Positions 35,207-48,700 of a stretch of 64,000 nt of DNA are shown one piece after another (the first letter of the stretch is position 1; every line of letters begins with the position of its first letter). Source of the DNA: Vairimorpha necatrix (lineage: Eukaryota); the NCBI GenBank assembly GCA_036630325.1, contig CP142736.1, forward strand, positions 186,001 through 250,000, written 5' to 3'. Under the pieces are notes generated by a model that was not told the origin of the DNA, made no database searches, and saw only the letters and a program-made list of their open reading frames with translations. The translations under genes were made by a program, and so were the position numbers.

Positions 35207-38121
35207 ACTACGTTATTTTAGAAAATCCTACCATTGTCGAACAACTCGATATCCCACTCATAATCAACACAAAACATGAGTCAACAGGAACTATAGACTG
35301 CGGAGCAGGATTAAACTTTATTAAAGCAGACCTCGTAGAACAATGGAACATCACCACTAGAGAAAACAAAGAGATCCAGGTAATGTTCGGTAATAAATCT
35401 AGTGAAAAAACTAACACTACAATAGAACTCGACTTAAAATTAAAGGATCAAAACGAGACATGCAAGATTGAATTTTACTTATTAAAAAACCTACCAGTCA
35501 ATATTATACTTGGTAGAGATTTCATATCGAGAAACGATATTATATTAGATTTTACAAGAAAGAAAATAATCTGGAACAACGCAACCGTAAATATGAAAAC
35601 AAATGCAGAAGAAACAGAATTCGAAAAACCTCCAGGAAAAATACTTATCACTAAGGAAGAAGAAAGACTTAGGGAAATTATAGATAATTATAAAAGAGAA
35701 ATCAAAGAAAATTGTCCTATAAACACAGATCACGTTAAATTACAAGTTTCAAACAACGACATAAAATGTAAGAAAATTAATATGCCGTACCATCAAACTT
35801 TAAAGAAGATGCAATAGCCGAAATACAACGACTTATAAGCGCTGACATAATAGAAGAATGTAATGAAAGATACACAAGCCCCGCATTTTTTAAGAAAAAG
35901 AAAAATGGGAAAATGAGATTAATAGTAGACTATAGAGAAATAAATAACTTTGTTGAAGATGAAGTGGAAATAATACCCAAAATGGACGATATTATTTATC
36001 AACTTGGTAAAAGCGAAGTAATAAGCAAATTAGACTTGACAAACGGGTTTAATCAATTACTCTTAGCAAAAGATAGCAGAAAATGGACAGCATTTTCGAT
36101 ATTTGGCAAAACATTCAGGTACAAAAGACTTCCTTTTGGATTAAAAAATGGACCAAAAGCTTTTCAGAAAATCATGAACAAAATACTTTTCGGGATAAAT
36201 AACATTTCAGTATATATAGACGACATAATAATTGCCACAAAGGACTACGAATCACACCTCAATACGCTTAAAGAACTGTTCACAAGATTGAAACATTACA
36301 ATGTAAATGTAAATTTCGCAAAATCAGAGTTTTGCACAAAGGACACCGAAATCCTAGGAACAAGAATTTTTAACGGAAAAATGTACCCTCTCACGAAAGA
36401 CTGTAAACTAACAGAAAACATGAAATGCCACACTAAAAAAGACCTGCAAAAAATAATTGGCATATTTAATTGGTACAGAAAATACATTCCAAACTTAAGT
36501 CTAGAAATTCTAAGCTTAACCGAAAAGCTAAAAGGAAACGAAAAAAAAGTCAAGCTAACAAAAGAAGACAATCTAATAATAAACAAATTAATAAGTACAC
36601 TAAAGAACAATAGCCACCTTAGTACTTCCAGACTACAGTAAAAAATTTACACTACATTGCGACGCCTCTGAACTAGGAATGGGTGCAGTACTATCACAAG
36701 AACACGGAATAATTTTAAATATAAGCATGAAATTTAATAAAACAGAAAGAAATTATACAATAGTGGAAAAAGAATACTTTGCAATAGTATACGCGATGGA
36801 TAAGTGCAGAAACATAGTACTCGGAAATTACGTTGAAATCTATACAGACAACAGGAATTGTCTATTTAAAAGCAAAATAAGCAGAAGAATAGAAAGATGG
36901 GATGCGATGATGATAGAGCACAATTACTGCATAAAACAAATCGCAGGAGAGAATAACTCAGTAGCTGACTATCTATCAAGATGTTTTAAAATAGAAAATG
37001 TCAGACATGAAAATAACCTTACGAATATAATAGAACAATATGTAGAAAAAATATCAGACGATAAATCCGGAAAGGAAAACTGGGAAAGAAATAAAGATGA
37101 CAAAATAATGATCAAAAACACCGAAGCAGAAAATTTTCTAACGAAAATACATGAACTAGCCGGCCACCCAGGAATCGTAGTATTAAACAAGAATCTCTCT
37201 CCTTTCTACAACATAATTGGATTAAAGAACAAAATAATAGCAATAACAAAAAATTGTAGAATGTGTAACTTAAATAAGAAAGAGAAAGTCAAAACTCAGA
37301 AATTACAGATCGAATCTGATAAAATTTACGGAACAATAGCCATGGACATATTTGGACCATTTGAACTTGAAAATTTTGAACATGATACAATCCATTATAA
37401 GGCTTATTACCTTTGCATAACAGACGTTTACTCAAGAATTTCAAGGGTATACCTTCTATATAACATAACGGAAGATACAATAATAAAATGTATAGATAAA
37501 TGGATACAAGAATTTCAACAGCCAGAAAAAATTATCATGGACAATGGCACACAATTTACCGGAGAAAAACTCAGAGAAAAATATGAGAAAAGTAGAGGAA
37601 TTAAACTCGTTAACACTCCAATATACCATCCACAAAGCAACGGAATGGCAGAAAGGCAAAACAGTATAATAGCTGAATGTCTAAGGATAAACAAGCTAAC
37701 TAACATCAACGACATAACAAATAAAATTAACATTAAACTTAACGTAAATTACAAAAGAACTATTGGATGTTCTCCATTCGAATTAGAGAAACAATACAGC
37801 TTTTTTGACCCATTCAGACGACAAAGCAACCTAAAGGAACCAAAATACAAATCAGTTCCAGCCACACTGAACCAGAATAACGATAAAAAATTAAAAATAA
37901 ATGATAAAGTATTTGTAAGAGATTTCAAAGCTGGGAAAATGGATGAACAATATAAAGGACCCTGTACGATCAAAGAGGTTGGGAAGAAAGGAAACTGGGT
38001 TAAAGTAGAAGAAGGAGGCAACTGGATCCACATAAAGGACATTAAAAGAAGAGGGAAGGATGTGGTATCCCACATGTCAAACATATCATTTTTGACATTT
38101 CTTGATTTGTTTACCCTGTAA
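35150..38121 (+). pseudogene. pol: pol: protease, RT, RNase H and integrase, in the -1 frame to gag, with further breaks at ~35775 and ~36615
   Basis: IDCGAG protease; RLIVDYR, KLDLTNGF, RLPFGLKNGP and YIDD (RT); LHCDAS and EKEYFAI (RNase H); H-x4-H...CRMC, AMDIFGP, MDNGTQF and PQSNGMAER (integrase). The 5' boundary is approximate. Confidence 0.9.
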
Positions 38122-38382
38122 ACAAACAAAAAAAACTATAAAAGAAAATTCCATACTTAGGGGTATGGAAGATAAGAGAAATAAACTATTTACTCAAAAC
38201 TTATCTTTATTGGAGTTGTACTTCCGCAGGAGGTACGACAAGAAGAAATTTTAAAAATTTAATATTTTATTTTTTTAAAATAAATTTGGTCAATTACATT
38301 TTTAATGCTAAATATTGGGAGTACATTATAAGAAGTTGATGTACTTTTCGTTAAGCAAAAAGACCTTTCAACAAAAATTTTC

Positions 38383-39404
38383 GGCTAAAGTAAGCATTAG
38401 CTACAAAAAATCGATATAGGGTTTTTTTGTTTTTTTTGCCTTTTTTTTTTAAAAATGGAGGAAAGAATTCGGACAAGAGAAGAATTGGAGATCATGTATA
38501 ATGATCTAATAATAAAGAAACAAAATAAAAAATGTAGCATCTGTAATCAAAAAATGAAGCAAAGAGGGGAGCAAAGAAGTCTCATAAGGTGTCCATGGAG
38601 CTCATGTAAAAACACAATTTCAATTTGGAATGGAATTTTCTTTCAGGAGTCTAGGCTAAATCACATTACAATATTACAAATACTAAATTTATGGATTTTA
38701 GGTTATTCACGTAAGTCCATTTCTCAAGTTTTAGGTTGTACTAAATCTTCTATATCTTTCATTCTAAAAAAGTTGAAACACATAAGTCTTTATGATAAGT
38801 ATTTATCTAGTATAGGGACTATTGGATGCGATAATACTATAGTGGAAATTGATGAGACTAAGATTGGGAAGAATAAATACAATAGGGGGAAGTTAGTAAA
38901 AGGATTTTGGTGTTTTGGAATGGTTGAACGTACCATCCAACGTAGAATCATAGTAGTATATATTAAGAAAAGAAACAAAAGGACACTTACTGAACTTCTT
39001 TTAAAATATGTAAGTAGAAGCAGTATTATATATAGCGATATGTGGAGAGCGTATCATTCTTTAAATACAATATTTAACCAACATCATATGGTTAATCATA
39101 CATTACATTTTAGAGATCCGAATACAGGAGTACATACCAATACCATAGAAGGTGATTGGAGATCTCTAAAACAATCTATACCAAATAGAAATAGATCATC
39201 AAATAGCGCTAAACTTTATTTATTTAGATATATGATCCAAAGAAACTCCACAACTTCAGTGTTTTAAGATTTATTAAAATATTTATTCTAGTTTTTATTT
39301 TTGTTCCTTCCTCATCATTTTCTTTCCTCCATTTTTAAAAAAAAGGGGCAAAAAAAACAAAAAAACCCTATATCGATTTTTTGTAGCTAATGCTTACTTC
39401 AGCC
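38383..39404 (+). mobile_element. Merlin DNA transposon, apparently intact (1022 bp)
   Basis: ~85-bp near-perfect TIRs GGCT(A/G)AAGTAAGCATTAGCTACAAAAAATCGATATAGGG. 8-bp TSD AAATTTTC / AAATTTTT. Confidence 0.95.
38455..39267 (+). CDS. Merlin/IS1595-like DDE transposase (270 aa)
   Basis: N-terminal CSIC...CPWSSC zinc finger; IVEIDETKIGK.KYNRG, IIYSDMWRAY and VNH..HFRDP.TGVHTNTIEG.W. The ATG lies within the left TIR. Confidence 0.92.
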   Translation: MEERIRTREELEIMYNDLIIKKQNKKCSICNQKMKQRGEQRSLIRCPWSSCKNTISIWNGIFFQESRLNHITILQILNLWILGYSRKSISQVLGCTKSSISFILKKLKHISLYDKYLSSIGTIGCDNTIVEIDETKIGKNKYNRGKLVKGFWCFGMVERTIQRRIIVVYIKKRNKRTLTELLLKYVSRSSIIYSDMWRAYHSLNTIFNQHHMVNHTLHFRDPNTGVHTNTIEGDWRSLKQSIPNRNRSSNSAKLYLFRYMIQRNSTTSVF

Positions 39405-39557
39405 AAATTTTTTTACATGATGATTATATCAATAAAATTATTTATTTCAATTATAAAGTTCTTTAAACTTTATTTTAACAATGATTATGCCATAAAACAT
39501 GCTAATGCAACGTTCAATAAATTTTCAAAATTTATTACAAATTTTTTTTGCCCCTTT

Positions 39558-41391
39558 ATGGAATCTTCAAAAAAAAGAGAAATTATCAATTCAATAATTC
39601 ATGGGAAGAAGATTTTTTCTTTATAGAATTTCAAGGTAGGTGTATTTGTTTATTGTGCAACAAAAGCATTGCAATATGCAAAAAAAGTAACTGAGAACGA
39701 CACTTTAATGGTTTGCATGAAAATATAAATATTAAATACCCACTGAATTCCGAACTGCGAAAAAGTAAGTTGAAATATTTAGAATCAGCAAAAGTAAAAC
39801 AGCAGAGATATTTTACAAAGCCAAAAGAGCTATGAAGGCGGCCGCTGTAGCTTCAATAAAAGTTGCACATCTGTTGGCTAAGAAAAAAAACCCTTTACTG
39901 GTGCAGAAATGATAAAAGAGGCCATGATAACAGCGGCGGATTCTCTTTTTGAAGATTTTGCAACAAGATAAAATTTTAAAAGCTATTAATATGTTGCAGT
40001 TATCAGCTAGAACTGCATCAAGAAGAATAGAATTAATTGCTATTAATTTAGAATTAGATTTAGATAAAGACTTAAGAAATTGTATGTATTTCTCTTTTCA
40101 GCTTGATGAATCTACCGATGTTGTTGACACAGCACAACTAATTGCTTCTATAAAAATGGTATTTAATGACTTTTCAACTAAAGAGGAATTTTTAAAAATT
40201 CTATCTTTAACTGCTCGTAAAACGGGAAAAGACATTTTTTTTTTATTATAAAAATTTATTGTCAATAAAAAAACCACTTCAAAAACTTTTTTTTATTAAT
40301 ACTGATGGTGCACGAGCAATTGTCGGAAAAGAAAACGGATTTATTGGCTTATGTAGAAAAGATTCTTTGTTTCCAAAGTTTATTTCATATCACTGTATAA
40401 TTCATCAACAAGTTCAATTTTCAAAAAGTGTTAATTTCAATCATATTTTATTAATTGTTACTAAAATTATAAATTCGATAAGAGCCAAAGCAACTCAACA
40501 TAGGCTGTTTAAGCTGCTTATGGAGGAAGAAAACGGAGATTTTAAAGATTTAGTTCTTCATACAGAAGTGAGATGGCTTAGCCGAGGCAAAGTTCTTGAA
40601 CACTTTTAAAAGCTTTTACCTCAAATAAAGAAATTTATTGCAATGAGAAATGAGACTTAAATAGAATTAGAAAACAAAAGTTGGTTATTAGATCTTGGGT
40701 TTTTAGCGGATATCACAATGAAATTTAACGAACTAAATTTAAAATTACAACAGTAGAATTCACATATTGCAGATATGATAAGCTTTTTTAATGCTTTTGC
40801 AAATAAGTTAGAACTTTTTAAAATACCTTTAATGAAGAAATCCTTAATTCATTTTCAAAATACTAAGGTAATAATTGAAAAAATAAATTTAAGTATCATG
40901 AATTCGATCCTACATCGTACATGGGCGCAATAGATTTATTACTGATTGAGTTTATAAAAAGATTTCATGATTTTCGATCATTAGAGGAAATAATTTCATT
41001 TTTTGTTAATCCTTAAATGTTTTTGATTCTGATTTACCAGTAAAAATTTCTAATTTTTTTCACATAGTTAACATGGACGACTTAGAAATTGAAATTATTA
41101 ATTTGAAGAATGATAAAGTTTTAAAATCGTATTATTTAGACAAGGACTTTTGGAAATTGGTTTCAGATGATAGTTTTCTCATTTTAAGAAAATGTGCACT
41201 CAAAATATTTCATATTGTGGAACCACAATAATTGTGAAGCTCTTTCTTCGAATATGACGAATTTAAAATCAAAATATCGAACACAACTTACGGACAAACA
41301 TTTAGATAACTGTTTAAGAGCTGCCAATTCATCTTATATCATTGATTATGACCAAATTGCAGATGACATGCAAAATCAAGTTTCTCATTAG
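39558..41391 (+). pseudogene. hAT transposase pseudogene
   Basis: ATG follows CCCCTTT. BED-like CLLC...H, FSFQLDESTD, NTDGA, HCIIHQQ, EVRWLSRG and C-terminal KSKYRTQLTDKHL, with multiple stops and frameshifts. Confidence 0.92.
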
Positions 41392-43446
41392 AAAGTATTG
41401 TTTCTAGTATCTCTCTACACGTAGTTAATTTTTGTTATTTCTTCGAGATTTAATCGAAAACAAAATTTAAACCTCTTTTCAAAGTAATTATACAGAAATT
41501 TGCTTCGCATTCTTGTCAAAACAATGTCTATTAAATCTATATAAAACCATTAAATTTATTTTTTTCGATTCTTTTAATCACTTAAGAAAACTCTTGTAAA
41601 AAAATTTAATTATAATTTTCGTTTAATATAAAAAATTAATACTTGTTAAAGGTTCCTTTCTTTAAAAAAATACTAAAAAAATCATAATCGTATTATTCGC
41701 TACGAAATGTTTTTTTTAAAAAGATTTCCAGAGCATTTATTTTAATTTTCTTAAATTTTTTTTGTGCTTAAGCCCGTTTTTCGTTTTAAGATTTTGAGAT
41801 GCCCAATTCGAACTTTATTTCAAAAAGGTTGCCGACCTCTGACCTAACCAATAAAACCATGTGACACATATGCTGACATGCTATAATGATCAATTCATTT
41901 TTGGTCTTTACTTGGATTTAATGTTTTGCATGATAAAAGTTTTTTCATCAAGCGTCCTATTCGAACTGGATCAACATATTTTTATCTTTTTATGCATACG
42001 AAATTAAGAAGATACTATTTTTTTTGATAACCAGATATTAATATATACAAAATTATTAATTGTTATAAAGTAATCAAAATGATAATATTCCTAAGGCAAG
42101 AATGTAAAAAAATGAGGGATAAAAAAATTTAGATTTTTATATATTGTTATAAAAATTTTAAAATGTTTACAAAATATTGATTAAATAATTTTAAAATGTC
42201 TATAAAATCTCAGACTAACATTTAGAACAATCATGAAAAGTCATTTACATCTTAACAAGAGTATATGTCTCATACATATTGAAAATATTTACTAGTAATG
42301 AACTTTAGATCTTTATGCTAATGTTATATCGGCAACTTATTTATATTAGTAATGTCTGACTGTGATTCACAGTTCTATGATTTTTATAAATATTTTTAAA
42401 TTAATATAAGCACTGTATGTATCAGAATGAATGCAATATGTAAAATGCATATAGTTAACAAGATAGAGAGCAGTGTATTTTTTATAAACATATGGGCTTC
42501 TCCTTGATTCGGTTCTTTTTCACGACAAAACACCGAATGCATTTAACTAGTCTTCCCTTATTGTATTTATCACTGCCGATCTTACTCTTGTCTATATCTA
42601 CAACTATAACTCTTAATTTTCTGCACCGTATAGTTAAATACCTACCATAAATTTAAAATTTAAATAATTTTCTTGTATGTAATATACGTTTGCATTTTAC
42701 ATTCTAATACTCTTTAAAATTGAATTACGCTAACTCCAAGAAAACACATTAAACTATGTTATAAATAAGTAAATGAAATTTTCATACGCAAATAATGAAT
42801 TACTTTAGATTAAAAATAATTTTTTCAATTTAAGAACTTTTACCTTAAGTGAGGAGATTCATTTGATACTATGCCCCCAAAAAAAACATTTTATGCGCTT
42901 AATTTTTCTATTATATAAATGTATATAAAAATCTTAAATTTATATATTTCTTGGCATTGCTTTTCCCATTTATAGAAAGGGCAATTTTTTAAAATTTTTA
43001 CTCCTGTCATTTTTCTAGACTGATGCTGCTTTAGGCAACAAATGTGCAAACATACCAATAATGTTTATGTTTCCTTAAAAATTTTTAGATCATTTACGTT
43101 TATGTTTTAAGTACCATTTTCAAAACATGCGATTTATTATATAAAGAAATGTATATGATTTATAATTTGTGGTCTTGAAATTCTTTTTTATAATTTATGT
43201 TTGCAATTAGAAAAATTTGGAAAGATAGGATCTTAGTTTGCGCCGAATTTGTTCATTAATTTCAAGTATTTTTTTTGACATCAATCAAAATAAAAAACAA
43301 TCTCAAAAAAGTTTTTGTCCTGCCAAAATCAAAATGGACGATTATTTATTGTTTTCTCTGTAAAGTAAAAATAAATTACATATAACTTTTTCATTTTTTC
43401 AATTATTAATTACTTTTTCATTAAGAAATAAAATTTTTACCCCCAG

Positions 43447-45726
43447 ATGGATTTTTTCAATGCAATTATAATGTTATTGTTTGTGCGAGGATATCAAATT
43501 GCTTATAATAATCTCAATACAAAGATTATTAATAAGATAGAAAATAAAGATTATCGCGAAATCGATAATGAGAAAATGTATTTGAGAGTAAAGTTATCCT
43601 TTGATAATATTAATAATCTATTAAAGGGAGATATATTAAGAGAGTTTTTTAATTTTGATATAAGCGAAGAAGACAAAAGAATAATAGTTTTTTGTGGTGA
43701 TAAGACAATCAAAAAAATTGTTGAAGAATTTGAAGAAAAATTAAATAGGGAATTTAAAAAAATTAGAGCCGATTATATAATATTAATTTACGGTTTACAA
43801 TACTATACGATTTTTTTATTTCAAGAAATAGTCAATTTTATGTACCAAATAAATATTTTAAGAAAAGGAATAATAAGTTCTTCTTGTGTTTTATATGAAT
43901 ATATAATTGAAGATAAGTCAGAATGGAATTTAATGTTGCAAAACGTATTTGACCCAATGTACAATGATGGGTCAAGAAGTCAAAATATACCACTTACATA
44001 TAGGAAAAAAGAAGGTACATTTTACATATATTTGTGTATTAATTTACATAATGTCTATTATTTATTTGAAATTGACGTGGAAGAAATATATCAAGAAGCG
44101 CTTAATTCTTGGGCACATATAATACCAAAAAAGAACAATGAAATGGATAAAATAAATGATTACACACATAAATTATACAAGAACGTAAACATTGACAATC
44201 TCGATGCATATCCTCATACATACTATGAAATTTGCACGATTGATGTGATTAAATTCAATAATGTCAATATAAAGATAGAGATAGCAGATGATAAAATTTA
44301 CTTTGTTCACAAAAATGATATCTATTGTAATATCTTAAACTGGAATTATTCTTTTTTTAGATATAATGACAACACTAAAAATAAATGGATTTTACAATTT
44401 GAGGAAATTTTTAAAAGAATTTCTAAAATATATGAAAAAAAGGAACGTTGTATTGGAATTGATATGTTTTTTAGATTAATAGAATACGAAGATAAAGTGA
44501 TTTTTTTTATAGAGAGGATTTTATACGATAAGGGTTCCCCATTATATGTTTTATTAATGCATCTTATGCTATTTAAGGGAATCATAAACAAAATCGAGTT
44601 AAATGACTTATTAAATGAAAATGAAATCCATGAAATAAAAAAAAACCAATTTTGTAGTACATTAAAAAAGGAATTATCAAAATATAGATGGGATTCAACT
44701 TCTTTTACGATAGTAATCTGTTTATTCATACAGGCAGAAAATTATATTAATAAAAATAATATAAAAGAGAATACAGCATTACAATTATTGTATAGACTTG
44801 GAGCACTTATAAATTTAAAGGCAAACGAAGACAGTATTTTTAAAAACTTCAAATCATTATTACCGATTAGAGAAAATAAGATTGATTTAATTAAAATACA
44901 TGAAGAAATAGTATTACATCATTTAGACGATATTATAGATTTTCAAAAAAATGTAAGGGAAAAAATTTTGAAAATAGCTACATTATTTACAGGACATGAA
45001 AACAATAAATATGAAATTTATGAATATAACTTATATACAAAAACAGATGATGTTATCCATGCTTTAAATCTCGATGCAAACAAAGTAGAAATAAATAATG
45101 AAATAATAAATAAAAAACTATTTAAAAATACTCGAGAAAGAAAAACTTTGGAGGAAATAAAAAATTTATTACAAAAAATCAATGAAAAATGTTTAAATGA
45201 GGAGTTAAATAAAATAAAGCATGAGATTTTAAATAAAAAAATTGAAAATATATATGATGATGAAGTATGGCAAAATTTTGAAGATGAATTAATTGGAAGA
45301 GGGGACACAATAATTGATAAAATATTTAATTATAAAAATTTAAAGCACGAGATTTCCGAAAAATATGATGCTTATACGAACAAAGAATATAAATTTAGTG
45401 AAAAGAAAAAATTTTATCATATCTTAAAAAAAAATAATTTTTGGATTGAGGAATATAAAACTGTTGAAAAGGAAAAATTGCATTATTATATAAGACAGAA
45501 TCTGAGCAAAAAAATAATTCATGATAGACAATGGTGTTTAATAGATGTCTTAGTGTTTTATTTTGATATTGAAATAATAAATGATTCAGTAATGAGAAAA
45601 GGATGTGAAGGAAAAATAAAAGATATTCTCAAAGTGATGAATCAAGAGGATGTATTTGAAGCTATAAAAGTTATGTCGGGAATTAATCTGCATGATTGTT
45701 TAGTTGATACAATGAAAAACAAATAA
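43447..45726 (+). CDS. ~760-aa family copy 5 (759 aa)
   Basis: Intact ORF with CCCCCAG before the ATG; family motifs conserved. Confidence 0.9.
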   Translation: MDFFNAIIMLLFVRGYQIAYNNLNTKIINKIENKDYREIDNEKMYLRVKLSFDNINNLLKGDILREFFNFDISEEDKRIIVFCGDKTIKKIVEEFEEKLNREFKKIRADYIILIYGLQYYTIFLFQEIVNFMYQINILRKGIISSSCVLYEYIIEDKSEWNLMLQNVFDPMYNDGSRSQNIPLTYRKKEGTFYIYLCINLHNVYYLFEIDVEEIYQEALNSWAHIIPKKNNEMDKINDYTHKLYKNVNIDNLDAYPHTYYEICTIDVIKFNNVNIKIEIADDKIYFVHKNDIYCNILNWNYSFFRYNDNTKNKWILQFEEIFKRISKIYEKKERCIGIDMFFRLIEYEDKVIFFIERILYDKGSPLYVLLMHLMLFKGIINKIELNDLLNENEIHEIKKNQFCSTLKKELSKYRWDSTSFTIVICLFIQAENYINKNNIKENTALQLLYRLGALINLKANEDSIFKNFKSLLPIRENKIDLIKIHEEIVLHHLDDIIDFQKNVREKILKIATLFTGHENNKYEIYEYNLYTKTDDVIHALNLDANKVEINNEIINKKLFKNTRERKTLEEIKNLLQKINEKCLNEELNKIKHEILNKKIENIYDDEVWQNFEDELIGRGDTIIDKIFNYKNLKHEISEKYDAYTNKEYKFSEKKKFYHILKKNNFWIEEYKTVEKEKLHYYIRQNLSKKIIHDRQWCLIDVLVFYFDIEIINDSVMRKGCEGKIKDILKVMNQEDVFEAIKVMSGINLHDCLVDTMKNK

Positions 45727-48700
45727 AAAACTAATTTTTAATTTATAATATTCAACAAATGTATTATGTAGTTTTTTAAATTTATCATAGTTACTATTTT
45801 AATAGTAAGAAATAAAAAAAACAGAAAATAACAATTAACATATATTAAATAATGATAAGCGAGATCTTTTGCTTTTATACATGATATCGAGAAAATAAAT
45901 CTTTAGTACAGCGTTTTGAGTTTTAGGAAAATTTTATACACGGGACAAATGCATTAAATATGAAGATACCTGTCTATGCAAATATAAGTTCTTATAATTA
46001 AAAAATTCATAATGTAATGATTCATTTCATCTTGTAGACATCGTACAATAACTCAGACAAGTACATTGAACTTTTAAATCTTCAAATATAGCACATAATA
46101 AATTCATTGGAATCATATTATTGACAATCAAAACCCCTTCTAAATTTTTGTTTTGGGATTTCATAAAGTTTGCCTGATAAACTAAATAAATAGTTATGTG
46201 TGATTTTTTTGTTAATAATGATCATTTACGCCCATATGGCAAGGTCCTTAAAATTCGTTTCTAAGGTTGAAAGATTAGGTGGTACTATTTATGCTTCTTC
46301 AATTTTTTTTTCAATGTAAACCGTTTTATACACACAATTTCTTCGCTATGGATTGAAAATTATTTTAGACATTTGATGCATTTTAACACCACAATAAGTT
46401 ATAAGCTTTTCGGGGCATAAGATGGTTTTATAGTTTCTTCGTTAGAAATTTCAGGTGAGATTACTTTCTAAAAAAGTCAATGCCCTCCTTGCACGTTCAT
46501 ATCATTTTCCAAAATTTTTTCTTAAAAAACCTATATTTTATTTTTATGGTGCAACGAACTATCATTTTGAGCACTTTGATAACACTTAAAAAAACCAGAC
46601 TAACACATTAAATAAAATTTAGAAAATGCTTTTTATTATAAATTAAGCTAAATTGTTTTAATGTAATTCAATTTCTCAAAAAATAGATAGTGTAAATTAG
46701 AAATTATAACAATACATGAAATAATAATAACACTGATTCATGTGACTAAATAATTCTTATGTTTTAGCATTTGTAAGGGGGTTGCTTCTATGAGGTAAAA
46801 GTATTCAATAGGCAAAGCACTCTGAACATAAAACTCGAATTGATGCAGCGTAAATGCATGTCTAAAAAAGTATCACGTTGGTCTTCAATAAATTATTAAT
46901 AGTGTTTAATCGCAATTTAGAATTAAATCGGAATATTGAAGGCCATAATGGATAGAAATGCTAATGTTATGTACAATCCCGTTTATTTATGGATTTAAGA
47001 TAATATATAGGAATGTAACAAGCTGCAGAACAATGAGATCCCAAATAAAAATCGAACTATTTTTCTCATCACAGGATATATATAACTTCGATCATAGACA
47101 AAAGGCCCTGGTAAAGCAACATTTGTTAAATATCTTACACAAAGCAATACCAAAATTATTAGAAGCTGAATCCTCTGTTCAAAGAATTATCATCAGTTAT
47201 CCATATTCTGTCTCCGCATCCTAGGCTTTTAAGATGGAATTTATAAAATGTTGAATCTAAAGACTAAATAAAATACGTATATACTAAAATTCTAAATATA
47301 CGATAAAATTAAAATTATCTGACCATAAAAGAATCCGCCAAATTATTCTTCAATGTGTTTTTTATCTTAAAAGTATATTGAGTAATAAAATATTATGTTT
47401 TGCCCTATTAATGTTTAATAAATTAAAAATTACTATCTTCAAGAGTACTCTTATTATATGCTAAAATCAGTAATCATAGATTTTTTTACCTTAACATTAT
47501 TGGCTCATATTTTTATATGGATAATAAAATTCACAATTTTAATATAGTTATTACACATGGTCGTTTTTGTTTTTTCAATATATACAAGAAGAAATAATTA
47601 CATATTTGGAAGGAACATAATTTAGTATATGTGAATTCTATACTTCTAAAATGAACGTTTTTTGCTAAATATTTAATATTTAATCTTTTTCTGCCTAATT
47701 TTAATAAATTACTGATTAACCATATTATCAATGATCCAAAATACTTTGTTTTTTTGTACATCCCGTTATATTTTTTTTGTTATGTAAAATATGTATTTCG
47801 ATTTACTACTAGACATTTGGAAATTCAATTAATATACGAGATGTTTATTTTTAATACCTTTTGACATGGCAGAGACTACAAAAGAATACGCGACCGAAAA
47901 AGCATTAGAAATTTTATTTTACTTATTATAAAAACTTCCATGGACGATCAAAGTGATTTTAACATGTTCATTGAATGGAAACACTAAAAGGTAATTTCGA
48001 CTGGAAACAATACAATATATCTTAGTTCTGTGTACCAATTTCTCATAATAATATTATTTTAATTTCTAATAACTTAGCGAATAAAGATAAACTATTCTTA
48101 ATAAAAAATTTTGACAATTCTAAATTTTATAAAAATGTAACTTTTCATTGAATTAATGGCTCAACCCCAAAATACATGATTTTTTTTATGTTTTGATCTT
48201 ATGTTATATGTGTTTATTTAGTCTAACCTTCATATTGTACTCTTTAATTGTATGATTTACGGATAAATTTTTTCCTCGACAAATATGTAAATGACGAAAA
48301 TTTTCGCTAATTGATACAACAAATATTTTGTACGAACATAAAACGGATTCAAATGCTATTATACAAATGTCATCGTTACTTTAGATTTAACTTTTTATAT
48401 AAAAATATAAATTACATTATTGAATTGAAAAATAATTATTTTTTTAACAAAGTAGGCATGCAAACTATATTATGTCTGCTTTGAATAAGTGGATAAAATC
48501 TAAGACACATTATAATTTATCAGAAAAATAATGTCGGGATTTTTTTTATTGTCATGATAATTCTATTTTGGTCTAAGAAAAAAAATATATAAAAACATAT
48601 TGTTTATATTTAGAATCTACAGTATATTTTTAGACTTGTACATATCAATTGATATTTTCAAATTCTTAAATTAAATTTCTTTGTGTTGTATAACACATTA

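Larger units (their letters stand above)
34146..38240 (+). mobile_element. Ty3/Gypsy LTR retrotransposon, full domain set but frameshifted
   Basis: 180-bp LTRs at 34146-34325 and 38061-38240 (one mismatch seen), TSD AGAAG, PPT at 38044-38060. Domain order is Gag-PR-RT-RH-IN. Confidence 0.97.
34099..41841 (+). mobile_element. hAT transposon (Buster/SPIN/GTF2IRD2-like) carrying two nested elements
   Basis: TIRs CAGGAACCGGCAAC / CAGAGGTCGGCAAC (reverse complement). Perfect 8-bp TSD ACCTAACC (34091-34098, 41842-41849) with the central TA typical of Buster-type hATs. Confidence 0.92.

Noticed and set aside
38455-39267. Bacterial IS1595 or bacterial contamination
   Set aside because: Long TIRs, nesting inside a eukaryotic hAT and two related copies nearby fit the eukaryotic Merlin superfamily.
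46150-46560. Possible decayed DNA-transposon remnant on the minus strand
   Set aside because: Only a faint Cys-containing stretch; no TIRs or catalytic motifs.
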